DNA of 64,000 bases. Origin: Candidatus Obscuribacteraceae bacterium (GTDB lineage Bacteria > Cyanobacteriota > Vampirovibrionia > Obscuribacterales > Obscuribacteraceae). Positions 19,277 to 29,269 of the stretch are shown here, one piece after another. Made by a program: the position numbers and the translations under genes. The notes beneath the pieces were generated by a model. That model had not been told where the DNA came from. It ran no database searches and saw nothing but the letters and a program-made list of their open reading frames with translations. The first letter of the stretch is position 1. Every line of letters starts with the position of its first letter. The stretch spans positions 883,435 to 947,434 of the forward strand of contig JBGAHS010000002.1 of assembly GCA_044226015.1 (NCBI GenBank). Reading direction: 5' to 3'.

Positions 19277-19831
19277 ATGGATCCAGACAGCGGCAGAGCC
19301 TACATCTTCTTGTCCATCATCGCCATGGTGCTATGGGCAAAATTTGTGCAAGATGACGATCTTGCAGGCCGAGAAGCCATTCTGAATCGCATGTTTCTAA
19401 CAGCCAGCGCTGCTGATAATTTTGCCAGACAACACGGGAAGAGAGAGCCGCAAACGGAGGATGAGTTCCAATCTTATCTAATTCGCGCTTCGCTTCACAT
19501 TCAGGATTCAGACAAAAAATTTTGGGATTGGCTTAGCTGCAGAGCTGTGAAAAGCAAGGCAGAAGCGCTAAAGCTCAGCAAAACGGTTCCTCCACTACAC
19601 GTCTTGTATTGTGTCGAAGAAGGCTCTTCATCCACTCATTACTATGTGATTGGAAAAGACGCACGTGGCGGGCTTGCTCGCTTTTCGGCAGACGACCAAC
19701 TAGCCATCCTCGAGCCAAATGTATATTGCAAGAGTTGGAGCGAAGACGATACAAGCAATGAAGAGAATCGACAAAGCAGGATAGACCTGTTATCCTCAAA
19801 CAAATCAAGTAAGGATAAGGCATTCAAGTGA
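19277..19831 (+). CDS. Membrane-anchored hypothetical protein
   Basis: GAGGAG RBS and N-terminal TM YIFLSIIAMVLWA. Confidence 0.7.
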   Translation: MDPDSGRAYIFLSIIAMVLWAKFVQDDDLAGREAILNRMFLTASAADNFARQHGKREPQTEDEFQSYLIRASLHIQDSDKKFWDWLSCRAVKSKAEALKLSKTVPPLHVLYCVEEGSSSTHYYVIGKDARGGLARFSADDQLAILEPNVYCKSWSEDDTSNEENRQSRIDLLSSNKSSKDKAFK

Positions 19832-20334
19832 GCGAGCTTCCAAAGGTTTTGACACTCGGCAATCCAAAATTGCGGGAAATCTCCAAACCAGTAGCAGATT
19901 TTTCAGCACCACCCCTGGTGACAGACGCAGGTGCTTTGCATAACGTTCTCTTGAAGTTTCGAGAGGAACACGGGTTCGGACGAGGCATCGCAGCTCCACA
20001 GCTGGGAATCATGCGGCGAATGATTGCGCTCAATCTGAATGGCAGACAAACAACTATGCTCAACCCAGAAATCACATGGAACAGCCCGGAAGAGTTTTCT
20101 CTCTGGGACGACTGCATGTGCTTCCCCGACTTGTTGGTTCGCTTGAGGAGAAACAGCTCTATTTCGGTAGAGTTTCAAGATGAGTCCGGAAACCTTTGTA
20201 CCTGGGAAAAGCTTGACCCAGCGACATCAGAATTACTTCAGCATGAAATCGACCATTTGAATGGTGTACTCGCGATAGATAGAGCCCTGGACAAAGAATC
20301 AATTAGCTATAAATCAAACGTGAACGATAGATAA
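19828..20334 (+). CDS. def: Peptide deformylase family protein with divergent motif II
   Basis: GRGIAAPQLG, NPEI, DDCMC in place of EGCLS, and QHEIDHLNG. Confidence 0.85.
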   Translation: MSELPKVLTLGNPKLREISKPVADFSAPPLVTDAGALHNVLLKFREEHGFGRGIAAPQLGIMRRMIALNLNGRQTTMLNPEITWNSPEEFSLWDDCMCFPDLLVRLRRNSSISVEFQDESGNLCTWEKLDPATSELLQHEIDHLNGVLAIDRALDKESISYKSNVNDR

Positions 20335-20464
20335 ATACAGATAGATAGACTGAGCTGCGCATTCTTGCAAAAAAGCTAATTAAACTGAGACCAGCATATA
20401 CTCAAGCCAAGCAATTACAATATAAGGTGTTCAAAAGGCAACACTTCTTGGCTTCGAGGCAATT

Positions 20465-23400
20465 ATGACCCAAATCGGTTATTACCAACATCCTACCGTT
20501 CACGGTGAACGAATTGTCTTTTGCTGTGATGACAGCCTGTGGACAGTCAGCACGAATGGTGGTGTAGCCCGTCGCCTCACGAATGCTAGCGCGGAATGTT
20601 CATCTCCCAGATTTTCACCGGACGGTAAGTGGATAGCCTTTGTCAGCCAGGAAGAAGGGCATCCGGAAGTTTTTGTTATGTCCTCAGACGGTGGTACGCC
20701 AAAACGACTGACCTACCTCGGTAGCCAGGTTTGTTACGTGTCCAGCTGGAGTCCCGATAGCAAGAAAATTTTGATTTGTTCAGATGCTCGCTCGCCTTTT
20801 TTCCGACACAATGAAATATTTGAACTCGCTCTAGACGGAACGCTTACAAATCTCCAACTGGGACATGCGACCTCCTTTGTGCGCGATGAAGACAATCGCT
20901 CTGCGATGGCGCGTAACAATCATGACCCTGCTCTCTGGAAGCGATACCGAGGTGGGCGAGCCGGCGAAATCTGGATTGATGCCGAGGGAAAAGGCAGCTT
21001 CAAACAGCTTACGAAACTTGACGGAAACATGGTATCGCCCATGTTCATCAGTGGCAGAGTTTATTTTCTCAGCGACCACGATGGCATCGGAAATATTTAC
21101 TCATGCAAACGCGATGGGAGAGATCTGCAGCAACACACGTTCAACAAAGAATATTATGTTCGATTTCCATCTACCGATGGTAAACGCATAGTCTTTACCA
21201 GTGCAGGAAATGTATTTTTACTCGATTGCAAATCTGCTGAAGTGAAAGAGCTAAAAATAGAAGCACCATCACAAGAAGCTCGCACCGCGCGAAGATTCGT
21301 AGACCCTACTCATTATCTTGAGAGCTTTTCGCCTCATCCAGATTCTCACACAATTGGATTCATCAGCCGAGGACAGGCATTTTCGATGCCATTCTTCGAA
21401 GGTCCTTGCGTGAATTACAGCGTTGGAAGCGCCGTGCGCAACAGATTTTTCGAATGGCTGCCTGACGGAAAGCACTTCATTACAGTAGATGACAGCGCGA
21501 ACAAAGAACGTATTTGTCGCATAAAAACAGGCGAGAATCCAGAAACAGAATATCTCACAAACGAAGATATTGGACGAGTTATTTCGCTGCGCGTTTCTCC
21601 TAACGGAAAGCTACTTGCTATTTCAAATCAGCGCTACGAGCTACTCTTGCTTGACCTGGAGAAGAAAAAACTGCACCATCTCGACCGGAGCAGTGCAGAA
21701 AGCATGCGAGGTTTAACCTGGTCACCAGACAGCAAATGGATTGCATATACTTTCCGCACACAAATGAACCTCAGTGTTATCAAAATTGCAGACACTTCAA
21801 CCAGAAAAAGCCACCAGATAACACGAGAGATAAAGGCTGACTTTAGCCCCGCTTGGGACCCCGCCGGAAAGTATTTGTACTTCCTTTCAGATCGAGATTT
21901 TCGACCAATTTACGACTCACAGCATTTCGATTTGAGCTTTGTGGAATCTACACGACCATATTTGATAACCTTGCGCAAAGATGTAAGTTCTCCGTTTGCA
22001 CCTGATTTGAAGCCATTCATCAAACAGGAAAAGAAAAGTGACTCTTCCAACAATGATGATGAATCTAACCACAAAAAGACTTCGCAAAAGAAGAGCGCAT
22101 CAGAATCAGACAACACTATTCAAATCGATTTTGACGGAATTGAAGAACGCATACTCGCATTTCCAATCAATGAAGGAACGTATGGTCAGCTGATTGCAGC
22201 CAAAAACAGAATTTTGTTTCTTAGCTACACAAGGCGCGGACTGGGACGTGATCACTCCTGGAACAGTGACTCCGATGGTGCAGCAAAGCTCATGGCATAC
22301 GACTTCGGCGAGCAAAAGTCAGCTGTGCTTCAAACAGGCATTAGTGGTTTAACACTCGGTTTCGATAATCAAACGCTGCTTTACTCCACAAAAGACAAAG
22401 TGAGAGTAATGGATGCTCTGCAGGGCATAAACAAGGGACCAGATGCCAATTCAACTCAAGCCGGACGCTCAACTGGTTTCATCGACTTCAGCAGATGCAA
22501 TCTTCTAGTTGAACCAAGAAAAGAATGGGCGCAGATGTACCGCGAAGCCTGGCGCTTACAAAGAGAAAATTTCTGGGACGAAGCGATGTCCGATGTAGAT
22601 TGGGACCTAGTCTTAGAAAGGTATGAATGCCTGATTCCCAAGATAAGAACAAGAACCGAACTCTCAGATCTAATTTGGGAAATGCAGGGAGAACTTGGAA
22701 CCTCACACGCCTACGAAATGGGAGGTGACCGACCTCGCCCGGCGCCGTATCACAAGGGCTTTCTTGCCTGCGACCTCAGCTACGATAGCAAAAATGACGC
22801 ATATAAAATCAGCAATATTCTGAGAGGTGACTCCTGGGAAAAAGAGGCGGACTCACCTCTTGCAGAACCAGGAGTAGACATTGCCAACGGAGACCTTATT
22901 CTCGCCGTTAATGGACGCAGAGTCAGTAAAACTCTAAGCGTTGACGAGCTGCTTTTGAAAGCTGGCGGAAAACACATTCAACTCACAACCAAGCGCGGCA
23001 ATAAAATCAAGAACGCTACCATTCAACCACTGCACTCAGAACGCTATCTGCGATATCGCCACTGGGTTGAAACCAATCGCAAAATCGTGGAGAAACTAAG
23101 CAAAGGAAAACTTGGCTACATCCATATTCCAGACATGGGTCCGTTCGGCTTCTCCGAGTTCCATCGCAGCTATCTCTCGGAGTTTCACCATGATGGGCTG
23201 GTTGTCGACGCTCGCTATAACCGAGGTGGACATGTTTCATCCCTACTTCTAGAAAAGCTAATGCGCAAACGCGTCGGATACGATGTATCACGCTGGGGTA
23301 CACCGCAACCATACCCGATGGAGTCTCCAGCAGGTCCTATGGTGGCTGTGACAAACCAGTTCGCTGGTTCCGATGGCGACATCTTCAGCCATTGCTTCAA

Positions 23401-23818
23401 GCTCTACGAACTTGGACCCTTAGTAGGAAAACGCACCTGGGGTGGTGTCATCGGTATAGAATCGCGACACCAGCTTGTGGACAAAACGCTAACAACTCAG
23501 CCCGAATTTTCATTCTGGTTCAAAGATGTTGGCTGGTCGGTTGAAAATTATGGAACTGACCCCGACTACGAAGTTGATTTTCGTCCACAGGACTATCATG
23601 CAGGCTCAGACCCGCAACTGGAAAAAGCGATTACGTTGGCCTTAGATTCACTCCGCAAAAACCCATTCCAATTGCCGGAATTCCCAGAACGGCCAAAACT
23701 TACACTTCCGGCAGTGCAGAAGAAAAATGCCTCAACCGGAAAGCGACAAATATCACAAAGTAAGGACTCTGGCAAAGTAGCCGCATCCAGTCGGAAGAGT
23801 TCAAGCCGAAAGAGGTAA
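20465..23818 (+). CDS. Tricorn protease homologue (S41B)
   Basis: Beta-propeller repeats (FSPDG, WSPDS), WKRYRGGRAG, GELGTSHAY, PDZ-like region, GSDGD and GKRTWGG. Confidence 0.93.
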   Translation: MTQIGYYQHPTVHGERIVFCCDDSLWTVSTNGGVARRLTNASAECSSPRFSPDGKWIAFVSQEEGHPEVFVMSSDGGTPKRLTYLGSQVCYVSSWSPDSKKILICSDARSPFFRHNEIFELALDGTLTNLQLGHATSFVRDEDNRSAMARNNHDPALWKRYRGGRAGEIWIDAEGKGSFKQLTKLDGNMVSPMFISGRVYFLSDHDGIGNIYSCKRDGRDLQQHTFNKEYYVRFPSTDGKRIVFTSAGNVFLLDCKSAEVKELKIEAPSQEARTARRFVDPTHYLESFSPHPDSHTIGFISRGQAFSMPFFEGPCVNYSVGSAVRNRFFEWLPDGKHFITVDDSANKERICRIKTGENPETEYLTNEDIGRVISLRVSPNGKLLAISNQRYELLLLDLEKKKLHHLDRSSAESMRGLTWSPDSKWIAYTFRTQMNLSVIKIADTSTRKSHQITREIKADFSPAWDPAGKYLYFLSDRDFRPIYDSQHFDLSFVESTRPYLITLRKDVSSPFAPDLKPFIKQEKKSDSSNNDDESNHKKTSQKKSASESDNTIQIDFDGIEERILAFPINEGTYGQLIAAKNRILFLSYTRRGLGRDHSWNSDSDGAAKLMAYDFGEQKSAVLQTGISGLTLGFDNQTLLYSTKDKVRVMDALQGINKGPDANSTQAGRSTGFIDFSRCNLLVEPRKEWAQMYREAWRLQRENFWDEAMSDVDWDLVLERYECLIPKIRTRTELSDLIWEMQGELGTSHAYEMGGDRPRPAPYHKGFLACDLSYDSKNDAYKISNILRGDSWEKEADSPLAEPGVDIANGDLILAVNGRRVSKTLSVDELLLKAGGKHIQLTTKRGNKIKNATIQPLHSERYLRYRHWVETNRKIVEKLSKGKLGYIHIPDMGPFGFSEFHRSYLSEFHHDGLVVDARYNRGGHVSSLLLEKLMRKRVGYDVSRWGTPQPYPMESPAGPMVAVTNQFAGSDGDIFSHCFKLYELGPLVGKRTWGGVIGIESRHQLVDKTLTTQPEFSFWFKDVGWSVENYGTDPDYEVDFRPQDYHAGSDPQLEKAITLALDSLRKNPFQLPEFPERPKLTLPAVQKKNASTGKRQISQSKDSGKVAASSRKSSSRKR

Positions 23819-23904
23819 TTTCGCTTCAGAACTTCACCTAACCTTGAATAGATCGGGCTTCAGGCGATAAACTATGCGCTGAATATATTAACGCAGAGGT
23901 TATC

Positions 23905-25005
23905 ATGGCCACCGAACTGCATCTGAAGTCAGACTTAATCGACGACGATATCACACGGGCAGAAACACTTCCGGCTCGCTTTTATCGAGATCAGGAATAT
24001 TTCGAAAAGGCCAGAGAGAGTATTTTTGCGAGAACCTGGCAATTCATTACTGACTCAGACAGATTAACCGTTCCAGGGCAGGTATTGCCGTTATCTATTC
24101 TTCCCGGTTATGTTGATGAACCCATCGTCTTAAGTCGCGACCTCGATGACAAACTCCAGTGTTTATCGAATGTTTGCACACACAGGGGTAACCTTTTAGT
24201 AGAAGGTGAATGCCATGTGCAGAGCTTGCGATGCAGGTATCACGGACGCAGATTTGGTTTAGACGGCAAGTTTACATCTTCGCCGGGCTTCGAGCGTGCA
24301 GCCTGTTTTCCCGGTGAGAAAGACAACCTCGCAAAGGTTCCTTTTGAGCAATTTGAAAAATTCCTCTTCGCTGGCATCAACCCAGCATTTAGTTTTGAAG
24401 AACTCATAGGTCCAATGCGTGAGCGACTTTCATGGATGCCCTGGGACAAGTTTACTTACGACCCGACTCGCTCCCAAGACTACCTTGCTAAAGCCAATTG
24501 GGCGCTGTATTGCGAAAATTACCTGGAAGGTTTCCACATTCCGTATGTACACCCCGCGCTAGCCGCAGCCGTCGACTGCAAGGACTATCACACTGAAGTA
24601 CTTAAATATGGTGTGCTGCAAATTGGTATGGCTCTGAACCCGGCAGATGCATTCAAACTGCCTGAGTCATCACCAGATTATGGCAAGAATGTAGCAGCCT
24701 ACTATTATTGGTTTTTCCCAAACATGATGTTTAACTTCTATCCCTGGGGGCTCTCATTGAATGTTGTGGTACCTCTTGCGAAGGATCGCACACGCATCAC
24801 CTACATCACGTATGTGATGGATGAAACTAAACTTGCCACCGGCGCTGGTGCCAATGTCGACAAAACAGAAAGAGAAGACCAGAACATTATTGAACAGGTT
24901 CAAAAAGGCATACAATCACGCTTTTACGATCGAGGAAGATATGCCCCCGACTGGGAAGCCGGCACACACCATTTCCATCGCCTACTAACCCAATTTTTAT
25001 CGTAA
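23905..25005 (+). CDS. Rieske non-heme iron oxygenase alpha subunit, choline monooxygenase-like
   Basis: CTH...CRYH Rieske ligands; ENYLEGFHIPYVHP mononuclear iron site; distal ED. Confidence 0.88.
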   Translation: MATELHLKSDLIDDDITRAETLPARFYRDQEYFEKARESIFARTWQFITDSDRLTVPGQVLPLSILPGYVDEPIVLSRDLDDKLQCLSNVCTHRGNLLVEGECHVQSLRCRYHGRRFGLDGKFTSSPGFERAACFPGEKDNLAKVPFEQFEKFLFAGINPAFSFEELIGPMRERLSWMPWDKFTYDPTRSQDYLAKANWALYCENYLEGFHIPYVHPALAAAVDCKDYHTEVLKYGVLQIGMALNPADAFKLPESSPDYGKNVAAYYYWFFPNMMFNFYPWGLSLNVVVPLAKDRTRITYITYVMDETKLATGAGANVDKTEREDQNIIEQVQKGIQSRFYDRGRYAPDWEAGTHHFHRLLTQFLS

Positions 25006-25017
25006 TCGGAGTATCGA

Positions 25018-25962
25018 ATGAGCAAAATTGCAGTTGTTGGAAGCTTGAGCTATGACCTGGTGATGCAAGTTCCTCGCAGACCACAAGTTGGCGAAACGAT
25101 TATTGGCACCGCATTTAATACCTTTGTTGGCGGAAAAGGAAACAACCAGGCGTTAGCAGCAGCACGCAGTGGAGCCGATGTTGTCTTCGTAGGCAAGGTC
25201 GGAAAAGACAACTTCGGAGATCAAATCGCCAACAAGCTGACAGAAACTGGTGTCAACATAGAATTCCTTTTCCGAGACAACGAAGTAAGCACTGGCATTG
25301 CTGACATATTAGTAGATGCGAATGGCGACAACAGCATCTCCATAGCTCCACAAGCAAATGCAAGACTCTCGACAGCAGATATCGACACCGCAAAATCAGC
25401 TATAGCGAACTGCAAACTCATGCTGATGCAACTCGAAATTCCAATTGCCACCGTTCAACACGCGGCAAAACTGGGCAAAGAACTAGGCTTGATGGTGGTG
25501 CTCAACCCGGCTCCTGCACCGTCGGAAGGGTTGCCAGACGAGCTGTTGAAGTTGGTTGACCTCATAATTCCGAACCAAACTGAGGCAGAACTGCTAACTG
25601 GTATCAAAGTTGTAGACATTCTATCTGCTATTGATGCGGCAAAAGCGCTACAGAATAAAGGAATAAACAAGGTCATCATCACAATGGGCGAAATGGGTGC
25701 GCTTCTTGTGTGCGGCGACAACACGGCACATGTATGCCCTGCCTTCGAGGTCGAGGTGAAAGACACTACCGCAGCCGGCGACGCTTTTTGCGGAGCATTG
25801 CTTGCAGCCCTGGCCAAAGGACATGAGCTAGAAATGGCGATGAACTATGCCTGTGCAGCGGGTGCACTGGCGACCACAAAGCTGGGAGCAGAACCATCGC
25901 TGCCAGCGGCATCAGAAGTAAACAAAATGGTAGACGAACGGCTCACTTGCGCCAACGTTTGA
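25018..25962 (+). CDS. rbsK: Ribokinase
   Basis: GGKGNNQA, QLEIP, NPAPA and DTTAAGDAF. Confidence 0.92.
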   Translation: MSKIAVVGSLSYDLVMQVPRRPQVGETIIGTAFNTFVGGKGNNQALAAARSGADVVFVGKVGKDNFGDQIANKLTETGVNIEFLFRDNEVSTGIADILVDANGDNSISIAPQANARLSTADIDTAKSAIANCKLMLMQLEIPIATVQHAAKLGKELGLMVVLNPAPAPSEGLPDELLKLVDLIIPNQTEAELLTGIKVVDILSAIDAAKALQNKGINKVIITMGEMGALLVCGDNTAHVCPAFEVEVKDTTAAGDAFCGALLAALAKGHELEMAMNYACAAGALATTKLGAEPSLPAASEVNKMVDERLTCANV

Positions 25963-26283
25963 TGGCTGCAGCGCAACTCGTTTCATGGCATCTTATCAAT
26001 CTACGAATCGCCGTCCGGCAAGCAGTTTGAGCATACGCGCTTAGGAGCACTTGCCGAACTTCCAATAAAAATGAAACCCATTAGTGGAGTGGGGACTCTA
26101 CTAATGGGTTTCACACCGTGCGACTTCAAAAACATATTAGTTCGCGCTTGTGAAATTCCCGTACCTGGCTGGGTGCCCATACCCAAACTTCCAGAAAATA
26201 ATCAGTGTCTTTTTGAAAATATCGGGGAACCAAAAGGGATGTCACTATGTCTTAGCTGATCGGATGAGTTAGGGGACTAAAAA

Positions 26284-26526
26284 ATGAACACTCAAGAAAT
26301 TCCTGCGGAGCCAATCGAGCCAGATTTCGAAACTATACTTTCAGAGAACGAACCAATCACTAAGCACAGCGCCCGAATTCTGCGCAAGCAAATCCTGCAA
26401 GATGGACACGTAAGCAAAAGAGAACGCGCCTTCTTGAAGGACGTTTTGGACCATGGCAATTTAATGGATGACGAATCCTACTACATTTTATTGGAAGTGT
26501 TATTGAACGGAAGACGCCTCAGCTAG
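26284..26526 (+). CDS. Small helical hypothetical protein, 80 aa
   Basis: AGGGG RBS; protein-like composition. Confidence 0.6.
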   Translation: MNTQEIPAEPIEPDFETILSENEPITKHSARILRKQILQDGHVSKRERAFLKDVLDHGNLMDDESYYILLEVLLNGRRLS

Positions 26527-26771
26527 GCTGCTTAAGCGTAAACGTAAACGAAAGTCCTCTTATTGGATTTCCAAAACGCACTCACCCAATCCAAATTGTA
26601 ATTCATCGAGTCCATCAGGTAATTAAGCTGATGGACTCGGCGTTTAGCTAGAGGCAGAACCCCTTGCCTCCAAGGCTGAATCAGATCACTAACGCCTGGT
26701 CTAGAAGAATAAATTCTAGGTACCATTTTTACACAATCGATCAGTAACCTGAATATTGAAGTCGCACGGTG

Positions 26772-26817
26772 TGAGTCCCACGAGAAAGCCCCCAGCTGTC
26801 TCGTGGGACTCATTTTT
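26772..26817 (+). terminator. Hairpin terminator between convergent genes
   Basis: 14-bp perfect stem TGAGTCCCACGAGA/TCTCGTGGGACTCA followed by TTTTT. Confidence 0.7.
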
Positions 26818-26828
26818 CTCTAGGCATA

Positions 26829-28358
26829 TCAGCGCAGTTCAGCCTGATCTTCGCTTACCTTAAGCGCCACAGACGCATCAGGCTTCGACTCCGCCCTTCT
26901 AATCCTAAACCAGAAGGTGCTGCCCTCTCCCAATGCCGAACTTACTCCAATTTTGCCACCATGTTCCTCAATGATAGCTTTGGCTATCGCGAGTCCCAAA
27001 CCGGTTCCACCCTTTGCTTTCTCATCAGACTTTTCGACCTGCTGAAAGCGGTCAAAAACCTTCCCGACGAATTCAACCGGAATACCACGACCTTTGTCGA
27101 TAACACTAACTTCAACCAGATTCTCCGCTGTCAACTCATTGACGCAAACGCGAACATCAGACTTTGGCTCGGAATACTTGATTGCGTTTGAGAGAAAATT
27201 GATCAAGACCTGAACAATTCTATCGTTGTCGGCATGCACTAAAAGCTCAGTTTCATCAAAGGAAATAGTGACCTCTTGCTTCGATGCGAACTCCGAAACA
27301 GCATCGAGCGATACCTTGATGATCTCCGAAAGGCTGCAATCCTTAAGCTCTAACTCAAACTTACCAGCTTCCATTTTCTCAATATCAAGCAAGTCATTAA
27401 TCAATCTGATCAAACGATTCGTATTCGACTCAAGCAGCGCAACCTTCCTCTTAGCCTTTTCGGGCAGCTCACCAGTGGCACCATGAGACATCAGAGCAAG
27501 ATTTACTTGCATTGAACTAAGCGGCGTTTTCAATTCGTGAGACACAATTCCGATCAGTTGCTTTTTGAAATCTTCCAATTCTTCCAAACGTGAAGCAGCT
27601 TTGTGGAACGCAGAATCCAGCTCAGCAATTTCGTCTGTTCCACCCACCGCTGGAACTAATTTCTGCCTTGAGGCCAGGCGCTCAGTATTTTCCCGAACCA
27701 CCAGCAATCTCTTTGTGACACTGCGACTGAAATAGTAGGCAAGCACAATAGCCATAACAACATTGAAAATTACGCCACCGAACAAAACCATTCGAATGCG
27801 ATAGCGCATGCGAGCCTTCTGCTTGGGACTCTCCATCTCAAGTTTGACTTCTTCTGCTATTACAGATTTAGTGACAACACCCAACTGATTGACCAGGCGA
27901 TTAATTGATTGAAATTGCCTTCCACGACCAATGAAGCCAGCAAGCCCGGTAACCTCATCTGACGAATCTTTGGACTGAAGATTGTTCACTACTCGCAAGA
28001 GATCAGAAGTGAGTTTCTCAATCTCTTTTATGTCTTTCATCCGATTAGGCTTACTGCGCAACAACTGCTTTAGTTTTGCCGTATTCCTTCGGGTCATTTC
28101 CATGGCCAATTCTGAACGCGCGCTGAAAAGCGGATTCATAGTTATTCGATAGGCACCAGCTGCGGTGGTAGCATCAACCGTTGTTCTTGTCAGCTCATTG
28201 GCACAGGCGATAATTTCCTTTGAGCGAGCCTCAACGTCAGCCTCATGCTCAGCTTGAGTCAGCAAAGAGGTCAATATGACAACAAAAACGATTTCAAATA
28301 CCGATGGAACCGCCACCAGCAACAAACCCTTTTGAGAAATTTTGAGCCCCAGAGCCAT
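26829..28358 (-). CDS. Sensor histidine kinase (2 TM, HAMP, HisKA, HATPase)
   Basis: SHELKTPL, NFLSNAIKYS, DKGRGI and GGTGLGLAI. Confidence 0.95.
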   Translation of the reverse strand: MALGLKISQKGLLLVAVPSVFEIVFVVILTSLLTQAEHEADVEARSKEIIACANELTRTTVDATTAAGAYRITMNPLFSARSELAMEMTRRNTAKLKQLLRSKPNRMKDIKEIEKLTSDLLRVVNNLQSKDSSDEVTGLAGFIGRGRQFQSINRLVNQLGVVTKSVIAEEVKLEMESPKQKARMRYRIRMVLFGGVIFNVVMAIVLAYYFSRSVTKRLLVVRENTERLASRQKLVPAVGGTDEIAELDSAFHKAASRLEELEDFKKQLIGIVSHELKTPLSSMQVNLALMSHGATGELPEKAKRKVALLESNTNRLIRLINDLLDIEKMEAGKFELELKDCSLSEIIKVSLDAVSEFASKQEVTISFDETELLVHADNDRIVQVLINFLSNAIKYSEPKSDVRVCVNELTAENLVEVSVIDKGRGIPVEFVGKVFDRFQQVEKSDEKAKGGTGLGLAIAKAIIEEHGGKIGVSSALGEGSTFWFRIRRAESKPDASVALKVSEDQAELR

Positions 28359-28442
28359 TAGTTTTAAAGCTTCCTCCAAAATGGCATTATAAAGGTCGAA
28401 TAGCAGTTAAACTATTGATTCTCAGGACTGGTTGGATTTCTC

Positions 28443-29126
28443 ATGGCAAAGATTCTAATTGTTGAAGACGACGTTTCATTCGGACAGGGACTTGTAGACT
28501 GGCTCGAATTTGAAAAAAACGAGGTAACCTGGCGCACCGACGGCATCGCCGGGCTAGAGGAACTGCAAAGCGGCAGCGATTTCGACATCATAATCCTAGA
28601 TATAGAAATGCCCAAGATGAACGGCCTTGAGGTTTGCAAGAGATATAGAGATGGCGGAGGAACTACTCCGATTCTCATGTTGACAGGAAAAAACGCTGTC
28701 ACTGACAAAGTTAATGGGCTAGATTGTGGAGCTGACGACTACTTGACAAAACCGTTTCACCCGCGCGAGTTGTCAGCAAGATTAAAAGCTGTCGCCCGCC
28801 GACCAGCAGGGTTGCTTCCCAATATCTTGTCTGCTGGAAACATTAGCTTGAACACGCAATCTTGCCAAGTGTTGAAGGATGGACAAGAAGTCAAGCTGCA
28901 GCGAATGGAATATGCGGTTCTGGAATTCCTCATGAAAAATGCCGGAAAAGTTTACAGCCCAAACGATTTGCTTAACGCGGTCTGGACAGCAGAATCAGAC
29001 CGCTCACCCGAAACAATACGCACATGCATCAAAAAGATTCGCGACAAGATAGATATACCGGGAAAAGATTCAGTAATTCAGAACGTCCACGGCGTTGGCT
29101 ACAAAGTCGTATTGGCCGATAACTAA
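28443..29126 (+). CDS. OmpR-family response regulator, divergent from the kinase
   Basis: VEDD, ILDIEMP, GADDYLTKPF and winged helix ending NVHGVGY. Confidence 0.95.
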   Translation: MAKILIVEDDVSFGQGLVDWLEFEKNEVTWRTDGIAGLEELQSGSDFDIIILDIEMPKMNGLEVCKRYRDGGGTTPILMLTGKNAVTDKVNGLDCGADDYLTKPFHPRELSARLKAVARRPAGLLPNILSAGNISLNTQSCQVLKDGQEVKLQRMEYAVLEFLMKNAGKVYSPNDLLNAVWTAESDRSPETIRTCIKKIRDKIDIPGKDSVIQNVHGVGYKVVLADN

Positions 29127-29176
29127 TCTATATTATCTGACGGTACTGAAGGCGATACCACGCACTTGTGGGCAAA

Positions 29177-29207
29177 ATGTGGTGGCAAAAATTTTCCGCC
29201 ACCACAT
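29177..29207. terminator. Inverted repeat after the response regulator (terminator or operator)
   Basis: 10-bp stem ATGTGGTGGC/GCCACCACAT; no U-tract. Confidence 0.35.
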
Positions 29208-29269
29208 GTAGAGGCTCGACATTTTCAATAAAAAATTAGATAATTCTCGTACAACTGCGGGGGTTTGGT

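Noticed and set aside
26532..26813. Minus-strand ORF after the histidine kinase
   Set aside because: Starts within a terminator hairpin and has no recognisable motif; a shorter peptide cannot be excluded
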